A DNA stretch of 64,000 nt from Malacoraja senta (lineage: Eukaryota), in NCBI GenBank assembly GCA_038087875.1, contig CM075990.1, positions 10,850,001 to 10,914,000 on the forward strand. Reading direction: 5' to 3'. How positions within the stretch are numbered: position 1 is the first letter of the stretch; every line of letters begins with the position of its first letter. Both the position numbers and the translations under genes were made by a program. This document shows, in pieces, positions 38,308-50,845 of the stretch. The notes below the pieces were generated by a model. It worked only from the letters and a program-made list of their open reading frames with translations. It searched no databases and had not been told where the DNA came from.

Positions 38308-38436
38308 GTGTAGGAAGGAACTGCAGATGCTGGTTTAAACCAAAGATAGACACAAAAAGCTGGAGTAACAGCAGGTCAGACAGCATCGCTGGAGAAAAGG
38401 AATAGGTAATGTTTTGGATTGGGACCCTTCTTCAGA
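38308..38436 (-). mobile_element. PLE-terminus repeat with a 6-bp TSD
   Basis: Flanked by ccaggt (38302-38307 and 38437-38442). The minus strand starts tCTGAAGAagggtcccaatccaaaacatt, so GAAA is lost. Confidence 0.82.
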
Positions 38437-39059
38437 CCAGGTATTCTCAGAGTCCAACAGGATAGCACAATATTCCAGAACTTCTAAGCTCTCAGAAAGA
38501 GAAGTCTATTTGGTGAACCTATTCTAGGCTAAAGCTGGCACAGTTAGTTGCCGAGTTTAAGACAATAAGACTCTTCAACCTAAAATGTTAATCCCGCTTT
38601 TTCCACAAATACTGCCTGACCTGATGAATGTTTCCACCATTATTGGTTAGTTTACCTGCTTTTAGTTGATTTTTACTGCATGGTGATTTTATAGAAAAAG
38701 AGAGAATATTATTTCTAAGATTTTAACAATAGATTTTATTTTCTTCAAATGGCTGAAAACATAATCTTTGACATTAATAAACAATCAGTGCCACTGATTC
38801 TTCTGACAAATTGGCAATCCTACGGTCAAGGCCTCACCAGTTCTGCGATTGTAGAAGGCTCACTGTACCAAGAGGGGCATGTACAGCAGTGGGTCATGCA
38901 GGGCTCAAAGATATTTGGACTTTAGGGAAATGAATGTCATGGAAAAGAGTTAGGAAATTAGAGCTCAGCAATGAGATAATGGAAATGAAGAAACTGGAGC
39001 CCACGTCTGCTCCTATTTTGCTCAACATTCAGCAGCCATAATGTTGACACAATCAAACA

Positions 39060-39380
39060 TCACTGTTGAGCAATGAGAAATGATTTAATTTGTGCACATA
39101 GAGTTCTCATAAACAAGAAAATAATAATGGCCAGGTAATTTGTTTTAATGATCCTGATTGAAGAAGAATCTTGACACTAATGCAACTTCTCCACACCTCG
39201 TTTGAAATGTTGTCATTGAATCTTTATGATGATTGAAGACATCCAATGTCATAGAAACATTTATACATCTCTCTTTTAGTGTCTCAGTTAAAAGCTGTAC
39301 ATCTAACACTGAAGCTCTCATTTGGTATTGCACCCAAGTGACAGGTCTAATGTACTGGTAAGTTTCTGCAATAGGACTTA
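39060..39380 (-). mobile_element. Decayed Deu-domain SINE
   Basis: aatttgtgcacatagagttctcataaacaag..ataatggccaggtaatttgttttaatgat..gattgaag follows the recalled reverse strand of the Deu domain. Confidence 0.55.
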
Positions 39381-42300
39381 AAATTAACACATGTTGAAAT
39401 GCATTACTTTCATTAGCGGAAATGCTATGAAAGGAAAATTGTCATTATAAATGTCTTAATTAGTGATAAATTTAAAACAAGAAAAAGTAATAATTCAGTG
39501 ATCCCAATATTTTTAATCAGAATTAAAAGAAACAAGGCCATAGAGCAATTTAACAACAAAAATAGTTTCTTTCTAAGATTTTAGTGACAACAAAATAATT
39601 GATATGGAAAATATAATTTGCAGCAGAAGTATTGGAAATCCATGAACTCTTAGTGACGATCAATTCTTGTTGGAACTATTTAATTGAGCCAGATCTCGTC
39701 CAGCCTTCCGACCACCCCCTAATCTCAACAGGCTACAGCCTGAAGTCAGTAAGGATGAAAAATAATGAAATTCCTGCAGAGCGTATTATTTGGGCTAACA
39801 AACTGTGCTGGAAATGACATTAGAGTCCAAATAATTTTATCAGAACTAGGAAAAGTTAAAAGATACCAAGTTTTATGAGAGCGAGAAAGGGAGAGGGGAG
39901 TAAAGAAATAAATCAAAGTTTATGACATCAAGGAAAGCAAACCAGGTTGCAGAGAGGACCCTCAATTTATGTGGGGTTGCATTTCTAGAAAACAGAGCTT
40001 ATTACATAAACTGCACATGCGTCAGGAAATGAGAGTTGAATAATAAATTGTATTTACTTTTTGTTCCCTCATAAATTCCATGAGAGTGAATTTCATTACA
40101 CATCTCAAATTTTTGGATAGCAATTTGTGAATTCTGGAAGGCCCGTTTCCTTAACCCAAACAGCCAAATCATAGGCATCACCTGTAATTAAGTAAGGTAA
40201 AAATGCAAAGTGGCCGCAGTCCAGAATAGGTGAACATGCAGGGAAGCTTATAACATTACTGAAGGAAGGAACTTTGGAATAAAAGTGATGGAAGACTCAT
40301 TATTTAAAACTGTGAACTGAATTGTGAAGTTTGAAAGATTGTGTGTGGTGCTTCCAGTCAGAAGACGAGCTGCTACTGAGTTTCACTGGAATGTTGCAGG
40401 ATGCTAAAGACCACGTGACTGGCATGTCAGTAAAATGGACATAAATTGGACCCTCGATCCAATTGACCGCTTGCAAATCTGTTTTAAACACATTAAACCA
40501 CGTTTCTCAGAACATCAATGCCCAAGCTCATATATCAAAGGTCTTAATGTCCAAGGTAATTATTTTACTAATCTCCAGCCTTCCAGTATATTCAGTATTT
40601 CATGTTTTCTTGCATCATGAAAAAAAAATTAAAAAAAATTAGAGAAAACAAATGCACTTGAGACAACCAATTCTCAGCACAACATTTTACCTTACAAACA
40701 ATGGCAAATAACCACACAAATAGTTTGCGCATCACGTATAATTGTGGTAAACCCAAGAAGATCAAGATATCAAGACTGCCACATATGCTCTATGAAGCAG
40801 GTAACTAGTGATTATCAGTCACCTTGGCTGTATTGCAAAATAAGTAAACCTTTAGATCAAGTTTTGAACAGCCAGGTTATGTGCGATTATCAACCAATCA
40901 ATCTTTCAGGAAATGACAAGGTCATTGCACTAGAATCCAAACTTTAGCAAGTAGCTTGAAGTGGGTTCTATCAGTATGTGTGATCTGTCTGACATTTGGA
41001 GTGGTCATTAATGCTTAAAAGATGATATTTTTTTCTTATTATCCTCACAGTCATTAAACCAACTGCTCAACACCCTCCGTGAGATTGCCTTGGTTACTCT
41101 TCTTGGTGACCTTGTTCACGCTCTTAATAATGCTGTTATTTGTTGGACAAACCACAATCAAATCTGACCTAAAAGTGACAACACAGCATAAGCTCCAACT
41201 AGATAAACAGCAGCTGTTTAATCAGTTTGGTCTCTCTCCGTCTATGCAATCGACATGCACAATACCTCAATCAGTTCTCTCAGGTCATTATATTATATAA
41301 CCTATAATTATGTGTGCAATACCTCTACAAAATGAAGCACATTTATGCCATAGAACACACATCTTAGTTGCACAATATTTCAGACCTGAATGATAAAGGA
41401 TATCAGAATTTGAAAACCAACAAATCAAACCAATGTGTACAGTTGCAACATGCTGATGATTCAGTGACATCAACTGGTCCTTTATTGTATTGAAAATGGG
41501 TATGTCTGGAATATAGACCAGGTGTTGTTGAAACTTTGGTGGTTTACTTATTACTTTTCCATGGCAAAATGACATGACGGATGCCAATAAAAAAAGCACA
41601 ATTAAAATGCACGCTAAGACTTAAATTTGCCTGTTGATACTCTGTAGCAAGCACGAATTAGGTTTTTTTGTGTTTTTTTTATTATATAAAAAGCATTCAA
41701 AATACAAAACTTCAAAAGAAAAGTTAGTATTAATATTTAAAAATTTCGTAAAATGCCATAAGAAAGAAAAATCAAGTGAGTATGCAATTGTTTTTATTAA
41801 ATCAGTGCCATACCAGAGTAGATATAAAATATATTTCAATAATTACGTGATCCTGGTCAAATAACAAGTAATTATAACATTTTATTCCTAAATGTTATGA
41901 TGGCAATCAGTTCACAGCTAAATGGGCAGCAAAATTGCAACTTTAATCCACAGTTAATAGTCAAATGCAGGAGTTCACACAACCTCAAGTTTAAATTCCT
42001 CTTGAATAAGGCCACTTGGACTCTCACACACTATTCCAGCGTGTCCCTGCTATAATCATCCCACCATCCTCCACAATCCACTGGAACTAATCCTTTGGAC
42101 TCTGCTCGATTAAGAACCACTATATATATTTTTTCCTTTGGTATCCCACTGCAAGATAACTGTAATTTCATGAAAACCATATTGCCACGCAAAAAGGCAG
42201 AAACATTAAAATAGAGACAGAAGCAACAATTGGACATAAACATTTCTAGTCCCGTGCAAGAGCTTGAATTTCTAAAATCAATATACAAAGGAAGCACAAT

Positions 42301-42399
42301 GAACTTGCACAATGATGGCAATTTATGCCTTACTTCACTGGAAAACAATATCTAAATTTCAAGGGATAAGAAGTAGCCCACATTTTCTTCAGTCTTTGG

Positions 42400-43090
42400 T
42401 TATGATGTTACACAGAGGGAGCTGCTAAGTCGAGGACTCTTGCAGACATTGAATGCGAGGTTCATCCTCACACAGATTTCAGTTGAAGATAGTTGTGCAA
42501 TGTCAACTCAGATCCCACGGAACCAGAGTGGAATTAGCTATCTGCTTACATCCATGATGATGATGATGATGGCAACAAGTGAAATAATAATCAAGGAGGT
42601 GATAAAATGTATTGATGAAGGTTTCAGCAATAGATAACCTGAGGCAAAAGAAAGAAGTGGCCAGTGGTGCAACGCTGTCTTTACAAACAGAGAGGACACG
42701 GAAATGTCATCTCAGTGACCAACAAAGGTCAAGTATAGGTGGCTAATCAAAATAACAAAATTGGTAATAATGAAATAAAGCCTCCGAAGGTTTTTTACAA
42801 CAAAAATATTCCTCTTATTCAAGAGAAAGAACCTGCAGCTTGCCCGAAACCAGAATGGATTGGATAGATTGACCAATATCAGAGGGGTTGCAATAGATAG
42901 AGCTGGAAGTCATGAGCGGCAGGTACAACCTGAAATCAGGTGAGAAATTAGAAGACTTAGTACAAATCTTCAAGATGATGGCACTGATAGGGGAGGGAGT
43001 GGTGGTTAGTGGTAGAAACAAAAAAAAAGTGAAGCTAATTGCAGTCTTCATGGGCCGAATGGCCTAATTCTGCTCCTACAACATGAAATG
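42400..43090 (+). mobile_element. Heavily decayed CR1 fragments
   Basis: LTSMM (cf. SLTSVV), KEVIKCIDEG (cf. EEVTxxVDxG) and the tail gggccgaatggcctaattctgctcct. Confidence 0.6.
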
Positions 43091-43134
43091 GTGGATATTT
43101 ACCAATGATCTTGCTTTCCAAGATTGGCAACCTG

Positions 43135-43148
43135 GCACCATCTACAGG
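43135..43148 (-). promoter_or_regulatory. Candidate CTCF site
   Basis: Minus strand reads CCTGTAGATGGTGC. Confidence 0.35.
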
Positions 43149-43301
43149 GAACATGTGGAACATAGGAATAGCAAAGTCACGGAACTAATTTGGTTAAAGA
43201 TCTCTCATGGAGAGAAAACAAGTTGATAGTGTGATTATTTTTTTTTACATTTTACAGTAAGTAAACTAAAACTTGGGATATAATAAAGATAATAACATTT
43301 A

Positions 43302-44349
43302 TCAGTGGGTTCTACTACAAACCCACCGACTCCCATGGCTATCTGGACTACACTTCTTCCCACCCTGCTTCCTGTAAGGACTCTATCCCCTACTCACAAT
43401 TCCTCCGTCTACGCTGCATCTGCACCCAGGATGAGGTGTTCCAAACCAGGGAATCGGAGATGTCCTCATTCTTTAGGGAACGGGGGTTCCCCTCTTCTAC
43501 TATAGATGAAGCTCTCACCAGGGTCTCTATATCCCGCAGCTCCGCTCTCACTCCCCATCCCCCTACTTGCAACAAGGATCCAACAGGATCCCACCACTGG
43601 CCACATCTTCCCATCTCCTCCCCTTTCTGCTTTCCGCAGAGACCGCTCCCTCCGTAACTCCCTGATCAATTTGTCCCTTCCCACCCAAACCACACTCTCC
43701 CCTGGTACTTTCCCTTGCAACTGCAGGAAATGCTACATTTGTCGCTTTACCTTCCCCCTCGACTCCATCCAAGGACCCAAGCAATCTTTCCAGGTGAGGC
43801 AGAGGTTCATCTGCACCTCCTCCAACCCCATCTACAGCAGCCGCTGTTCCAGGTGTAAACTGCTCTACATCAGTGAGACCAGGCGCAGGCTTGGCGATCG
43901 CTTCGCCCAACACCTCTGCTCAGTTCACAATAACCAACCTGATCTACCAGTGGCTCACTACTTCAACTCCCCCTCACATTCCATATCCGACCTTTCTGTC
44001 CTGGGCCGCCTCCATGGCCAGAGTGAGGCCCACCGCAAATTGGAGGAACAGCATCTCGTATTTCGTTTGGGTAGTTTACACCCCAGCGGTATGAACATTG
44101 ATTTCTCCAATTTCAGGTAGTCCTTGCTTTCTCCCTCATTCCCCTCCCCAGTTCTCCCACAGCCTACTGTCTCCGCCTCTTCCTTTCTTTTTCCTGCCCC
44201 CCCCCGTCACGGAACATCAGTCTGGGGAAGGGTCTCGACCTGAAACGTCGCCTATTCCTTCGCTCCATAGATGCTGGCTCATCCGCTGAGTTTCTCCAGC
44301 TTTTTTGTCTACCTTCGATTTTTCCAGCATCTGCAGTTTTTTCTTAAAC
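43302..44349 (+). mobile_element. 5'-truncated Penelope-like element (Neptune-like): RT thumb, Cys-rich linker, GIY-YIG endonuclease and 3' terminus
   Basis: YYKPTDSHGYLDYTSSHP..SIPYSQFLRLR; PCNCRKCYIC; IY..RC..C.LLYISETRRRLGDRFAQH; LEEQHLVFRLGSLHPSGMN. TSD ataacattta at 43292-43301 and 44350-44359. Mutated hammerhead at 44222-44248. Confidence 0.93.
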
Positions 44350-47300
44350 ATAACATTTACTGGAGTAATTTATGGAATGAACCCACACAAAATAATTTGA
44401 CCAAAACCTGAAAGGTTGTTTAATCACAATTAGAGACTTAGTGCAATCTATTAAATTTAACATGTTCAGCACTGATATCACAGTGATAGAAGCACCTAAT
44501 CTGAAATTCAAAACCAGCGATTGCACCTGCCAAGACTATGTAGACATTTAGGTGCACATGCAAATCCTACATGGTGCCAATTTTATAAAGAATTTTGGCA
44601 GTATTGCCATTGTCACAATCACTGGTTTTATGAAGTTCCAAGCTTTCCACCCATTGCTCATGAAGTAAAATCAAATATAAAGGTTTCGATTCCAATACCC
44701 TCTAAACCTGAGATGCATCATGCAAGATGGTAAAAACTGAGAACCCAGTTTGTCACCCCATGGATGCGTGGAGGGAAGGAGAAAATGTGTGAGGTGCAAG
44801 GATCTCCTGGTGCCTAGTTAGGGTGATTTGTGATCATGTGAATACAAGATATGCATGCACCTGTCATAATTTGACAGTCACTCAATGCTATTTCACCTTC
44901 AATGATGTCATGGCCAACATGTCCCAAATCCATTCTACCAGTCTTGGCCATGTAACCCTCAACACACTTGCTGAGCCAAAAAACTTTTCAATCTCATTAC
45001 TGAAGGTTGTTTTGGATGTTTGTTTTTTGTTTGTAAGTAGAGTTTTCATACTTTGTGCATTCCCGACATCACCTCTTGATACCAGCCGAGAGGTCAAGTA
45101 AATAACGGGAGAAAATCTGCAGGTACTAATTCTGCAAGAAACAGAGCGCCAGGAGAGGGCAAGGGACGTAAAATTTCATGGATTGACCAAAGATCTGTGA
45201 TTTGTTCTACACAGCACACAATATTTCACACTTGTACACACACAGTACCATTGGCTGGGGAAATATACCATTTTGCCATCTGGGCTATCGATTAATTATT
45301 TCCCTCATACCTTTTACAAATAGCAATTTGATTTTGAAGGGGTTGTTCAACATCGCAGAAATTTGCTATGCAAAGTCAAATGTGCAAATAAAAATAGCCA
45401 CTTTGACAGATGTAATTCATAAAACAACTGTCCAACCATGCTCACTGTGTATTTCATTACATGAATATGGTCTTGACTATTCTGCATAATAGTGAACATT
45501 TCATTGACAAAATATGGAAAAGCTTTATAGAATATATTTTGGCAGCTCCTTTGCCAAGTCTTTTCAACAATTTATGTTCAGAGACGAGGCAGAATGTGTG
45601 GGGACAAGGAAATATTTTTAATGATCTGGATATTTACTGTCAGAGTATAAAGACTTCTATATTGCAAGCTACATTAAAGAAAACTGACAAGGGTGAAATT
45701 ATATGGGAACTGAAACTAACTGCAGTTTGCAGGCTTGAAAAAGAATGTTGTCATTAGGACAAGAAACATCATGTGCCTTTGACAAGTACAAAGAAAGCCT
45801 ATTAAATAATAACTAATATTTATATATTGCCTTAAATGTAGGAAACATTCCAATGTATTTTTTTATTAATCTAAACGCATAAAATAGATAAAGACATGCA
45901 AATATTTCAGCGCTTGCCATTAGAATTAAGAGTTAATGGGACCCCCTTAATTTGCAGAATGATTCATACATTCAGAATATTCCAAATTTGGTCTTTAAAC
46001 AAACAGCAAAACCTCCAGCAGTAAGGCATGGTTTCTTTATGCCCCAAGATTAATAGTTTAAAGCTCGAGACCATATATTTCACCGTTAACCAACAAAATC
46101 ACAGCATTTCTGCAGAAATCAAACTGGTTCGTTTGTACACTTAAGCAAGCAATACTCTAGAATTTTTTTTTAATAATCTGTTCGATACAATTGGGTGGAA
46201 TCAAATATTTTTTATTCCATTGCCGAAAGGTACACCTACAGACATTTCAGGAATGTGGAACTATAAAACATGCTGTGCGTGAAAATTGGCGATTCCCCGC
46301 ACTACTACCACATTAACCCACACTTCGTATACTATCAAGGCTATATTCAAATCTCAGAAAATCACACCAAGAGACACCAATGCACGTCACAATAATCAAT
46401 CACAAAGTATTCCAATTCCTCATGTACGGACTGCTGAACTATTTGGGTAGGACACCTAAGAACCAGCAAAAGATTGCGAAGCACACTGCAGAAACAGCAC
46501 AAAGGATGTGAAACGCAAACTCAGGGAAGAAAAAGAGGGAAAAGAATATTATGCTGCAAACCACCACCTGTTTTTTTTTGCACAGTGGATTCATTTTTAT
46601 GCTGCATACTTGAAACAGAAGCTATATTATTCTAATGGATTAAAATGTCAGGCAAACCATACAGTTAATGCCTTTTGCAGGCCTCCATTATATCACGACG
46701 TGATAGATGGTCATTTTTTTATAATGCAGTATTTTATGCTTCAGCAACTTACAAATAACTGATGCCTTATCACACAAAGTGGAGAAACAAGCAGCAGCAA
46801 CCAGAGCAATTCCCAGTGCTATTCATGTTCTCACTTAACCACAGCTGGTGTGTAGTTTGCATAGAAAATCCCCACATGCTCCAGCTCTGACAACATTTCA
46901 CACCAGTCCTGATAAGTTCCAGTATCCACAACTGTGCAATAACCTCCTCCTTATTTGTTTCACCTGCTCAGTCCCTTCAGGCCCACTAATGGCATGCCTG
47001 TGGGATTGTGAGAATCCTCAACCACGCACAGCAGACTTATTTGTAGACAGCATTTCTGCATTAGAAACGAGCAGTAAAAAGCAGTGCACAAATGAGCTGA
47101 GCACGGCTGAAACTGTACAGTAAGCTTCATGGTAAGCTCATCTGTATGCTTTCCCTCCAAGAATCTTGATGCTGGTGCCAGATAGTACAAATTGGCATTG
47201 CAATTTAGAGCCTCCTTCAGGTTCATGCAGCAAACTCCAATTTGACAATTTTACAATGAAATGACCAATTACTCGAAATGTGAAATTTCTTACTTTTATA

Positions 47301-48019
47301 CGGGCAAGTTCATTATTTTCCTTCTGCAGTCAAGCCTGTGCAGGATACCGACAAACCAAGTCATCTTCACAGAATACACTTTGTTAGTTATAATACACTT
47401 GAGCTTCTAGATAAATCCACAGATGTAAAATGCATATTATTCAAGACACCAGTAAAAATAGAGAGATGATGGGCACATTTATTTGATGCCCATTCATACA
47501 AAGCTGTATTATGGGTAATCTGCTATGTGTATTTAATAAATCATCCTGGTTAGGTGGGCAGGATTAGTTACAAGTCACCTAATGACTATATTATGAGCAG
47601 CAGTATTAAAAGGATTAATATTAATCTGAGTTGTTTCAGCTAACTGGTGCAGATTGTCCACAGCGCTGACAGCAACAGCAGCACCACAAGTAATCCAAAA
47701 CTGAAGCAAAAGATTAATGAGAGCTTTAGCATTCCGCCTGCGAGTTTTAATTTACCAAATGAAACAGTAAAGCCCAGTGTATATTGCAATTCAGTCCATG
47801 AATAAACACACAGCAAGTCTCAGATAGCTGATCCTTGTATTAGCCATTCATTCACAATATTCCTCCTGTTACCAATATCACTGAAGCCACCATGGAATTC
47901 CAGCAAGAAGCCAGTTCAACCTTATCTTCCTCACTTAATCATACCAAATGATGCCAGTTTAAGTCAATCGCTCTGCATTGAAAAGGTAGAGCAGTCTGAC
48001 CGAAGAATAGGACCAGTTC

Positions 48020-48225
48020 CTCTACTGGTCCCAAAACATTGTGGCAAGTTCACCCATGTCGCAACTAATTCCTCAGCCAACTTCACTAATACAGTATTCG
48101 ATCATTCGTCTCATTGCTGTTAATCAGTGTGCGCAAATTGACTCCCATATGTCCCTTATTACAATGATCAACCATCAAAAAAAAATCTCAAACAAGTGAG
48201 AACTCATACGAGGTGGTGAAAAGTA
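48020..48225 (+). mobile_element. Decayed Deu-domain SINE fragment
   Basis: cctcagccaacttcactaa..gatcatt..ctcattgctgtt..gtgtgcgcaaattgact..attacaatga. Confidence 0.5.
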
Positions 48226-48351
48226 TAATAGCTCTTTACCTTTACTTGAAAGATAAATGAAGAAAATTAAGATAAACTGAATAGTGTTGCAGGAAACCAT
48301 AAAACAATTCTTCCCCCTTCTATAGCTGTAAACTGAATAAATTTCAACTAT

Positions 48352-48636
48352 GCACGGTGGCGCAGCGGTAGAGTTGTTGCCCTTACAGCGCCAGAGACTC
48401 GTGTTCAATCCTGACTACAGGTGCTTTCAGTACGGAGGTGGTACATTCTCCCTGTGACTGGTGGATTTTCTTATAAAGCTCTGGTTTCCTCCCACTCCAA
48501 AGACGTATAGGTTTGTAGGTTAATTTGCTCGATAAAATTGTCCCTACTGTGTGCAGGATAGTGCGGGGATCGCTGGTCGGTGTGGATTTGGTGGGATGAA
48601 GACCCTGTTTCCATGTTGTGTCTCTATACTAAACTA
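48352..48636 (+). mobile_element. tRNA-derived V-SINE (HE1-like)
   Basis: A box gtggcgcagcggtagag, B box gtgttcaatcc, V-domain ttctccctgtgac..ggtttcctcccactccaaagacgt, and a CR1-type tail. Flanked by aactat. Confidence 0.88.
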
Positions 48637-48746
48637 TTGACTGCTCAACACTTACTGTTGCACTGACCACACAGCTTAAGCTTTTTTTGTTGATTAAGCA
48701 AAGTACATATTATGACTTATTATGTCATTTACTTTCCCCCCCCAGT

Positions 48747-49964
48747 GGAATGCTTTTTGAGGATGTAACTAGGAAAATGGACAAGGGAGAGCCAGTGGAT
48801 GTAGTGTACCTGGACTTTTAGAAAGCCTTCGATAAGGTCCCACATAGGAGATTATTGGGCAAAATTAGAGCACATAGTATTGGGGGTAGGGTACTGACAT
48901 GGATAGAAAATTGGTTGTCAGAAAGTAAACAAAGAGTAGGGATTAACGGGTCCCTTTCAGAATGGCAGGCAGTGACTAGTGGGGTACCGCAAGCCTCGGT
49001 GCTGTGACCGCTGCTATTTACAATATACATTAATGATTTTGATGAAGGGATTAAAAGTAACATTAGCAAATTTGCAGATGACACAAAGCTGGGTGGCAGT
49101 GTGAACTGTGAGGAGGATGCTTTGAGGATGCAGGGTGACTTGGACAGGTTGGTGAGTGGGCAGATGCAGTTTAATGTGGATAAATGTGAGGTTATCCATT
49201 TTGGTGGCAAGAACAGGAAGGCAGATTATTATCTGAATGGTGTCAAGTTAGGAAAAGACAACGAGATTTGGATGTCCTTGTTCATCAGTCACTTAAAGTA
49301 AGCATGCAGGTACAGCAGCCAGTGAAGAAATGGCACGTTGGCCTTCATAACAGGAGGAGTTGAGTATAGGAGCAAAGAGGTCTTTCTGCAGTTGTACAGG
49401 CCCCTAGTGAGACCACACCGGCAGTATTGTGTGCAGTTTTGGTCTCCAAATTTGAGGAAGGACATTCTTGCTATTGAGGGAGTGCAACATAGGTTCACTA
49501 AGTTAATTCCCGGGATGGCGGGACTGTCATATATTGAAAGAATGGATCATCTGGGCTTGTATACACTGGAATTTAGAAGGATGAGAGGATATCTTATTGA
49601 AACATAAGATTATCAAGGGATTAGATAGGCTAGAGGCAGGAAATATGTTCCCGATGTTGGAGGAGTCCAGAACCAGGGGCCACGGTTTAAGAATAAAGGA
49701 TTGGCCATTTAGAACGGAGACGAGGTAAAACTTTTTCACCCAGAGTTGTGAATCTGTGGAATTCTCTGCCTCAGAATGCAGTGGAGGCCAATTTTCTGGA
49801 TGCTTTCAAGAGAGAGTTAGATAGAGCTCTTAAAGATAGCGGAGTCATGGGATATGGGGAGAAGGCAGGAACGGGGTACTGATTGTGGATGATCAGCCAT
49901 GATCACAGTGAATGGCGGTGCTGGCTCGAAGGGACGAATGGCAACTCCTGCATTTATTGTCTAT
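48747..49964 (+). mobile_element. CR1 LINE 3' 1.2 kb (RT, disrupted)
   Basis: DKGEPVDVVYLDF*KAFDKV, GVPQ.SVL, KFADDTK, VRPHRQYCVQFWSP and WNSLP, followed by the tail. Confidence 0.95.
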
Positions 49965-50014
49965 AATTAAATCAAATAAGTTTGTACTCAAACAGAGGAC
50001 CATATATCTGTCTT

Positions 50015-50380
50015 CATTGACAGGATGGACATGGAGTGTGTCAACAGCTTTGAGTTCCTGGGTTTACATATCTCTGATTATCGATCCTGGGCCCAGCACA
50101 TTGATTCAATCCGAAGAGAGCTCAGCAACATCTCTACTTGCTCAAATGTTTAAGGAGATTCAGCATGTTGCTGAATATTCTAAACCAACTTCTACAGCTA
50201 TGCAGTGGAGAGAATAATGACTGAGTGTATTACAGCCTGGTTTGGCCATTCTAATGCCCAAGTACGAAGGAGCAGCAGAAAGTACTGGACATTGCCTGGT
50301 CCATCATGGGCACTAAACTCCCATGATGGGAGTTTCATTGTTCCAGATCACATTTGGTGTGCATGACAAATCTTGATCTC
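50015..50380 (+). mobile_element. Rex1/Babar LINE remnant with an internal deletion
   Basis: MECVNSFEFLGLHIS...SWAQHI, AQQHLYLLKCLRRF, NFYS.AVE.I.T.CITAWFG. Confidence 0.85.
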
Positions 50381-50569
50381 TTTCGAGAGGAGAGCACTCA
50401 GTGGGACGTTTTGCAAATGTGTACAGCCAATTCTCAACATCAGATTCTCAGAAGGACATACTTTGCCTCGAGAGGTCAGCCGCATTCCTAACCCAACTAA
50501 AATGTGGAGACAGTACTGGTATCAAATAACCCAATGGTGATGATGAGATCCTTAAATCATATCTATTCT

Positions 50570-50845
50570 CTAGGGTCGACGGAAGGGTGGCATGGAATTA
50601 TTTTGTGAATATAAGCAAGGGATTTACTCTCTTGTTCCTCGGCAATATTTATTCGGCGATCAATATGTTGCATAAGACGACTATCTCGTCATCATAATGT
50701 AATAATTAGTGGGATATTATTGTGCAAAAATTGCCAACCATCTCCTCCATTAAACAGTGACCACCTTTCAATAGTTTAACTGGTCATAAAATATCTTGGG
50801 ACATCCTGCAATGTAACTGGCACTGTAGAATAACAAGTCTTCATC
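50570..50845 (+). mobile_element. Decayed Deu-domain SINE
   Basis: ggcaatatttatt..gtgggatattattgtgcaaaaattgcc..aacagtgaccac..ttgggacatcctg..ggcactgtagaa. Confidence 0.55.

Noticed and set aside
42440-42637. ORF with a poly-Met run
   Set aside because: (ATG)n slippage within a decayed CR1 fragment.
48352-48420. tRNA-like sequence (also about 53990-54066)
   Set aside because: These are SINE heads with A/B boxes, continuous with the V-domain and LINE tail, not tRNA genes.
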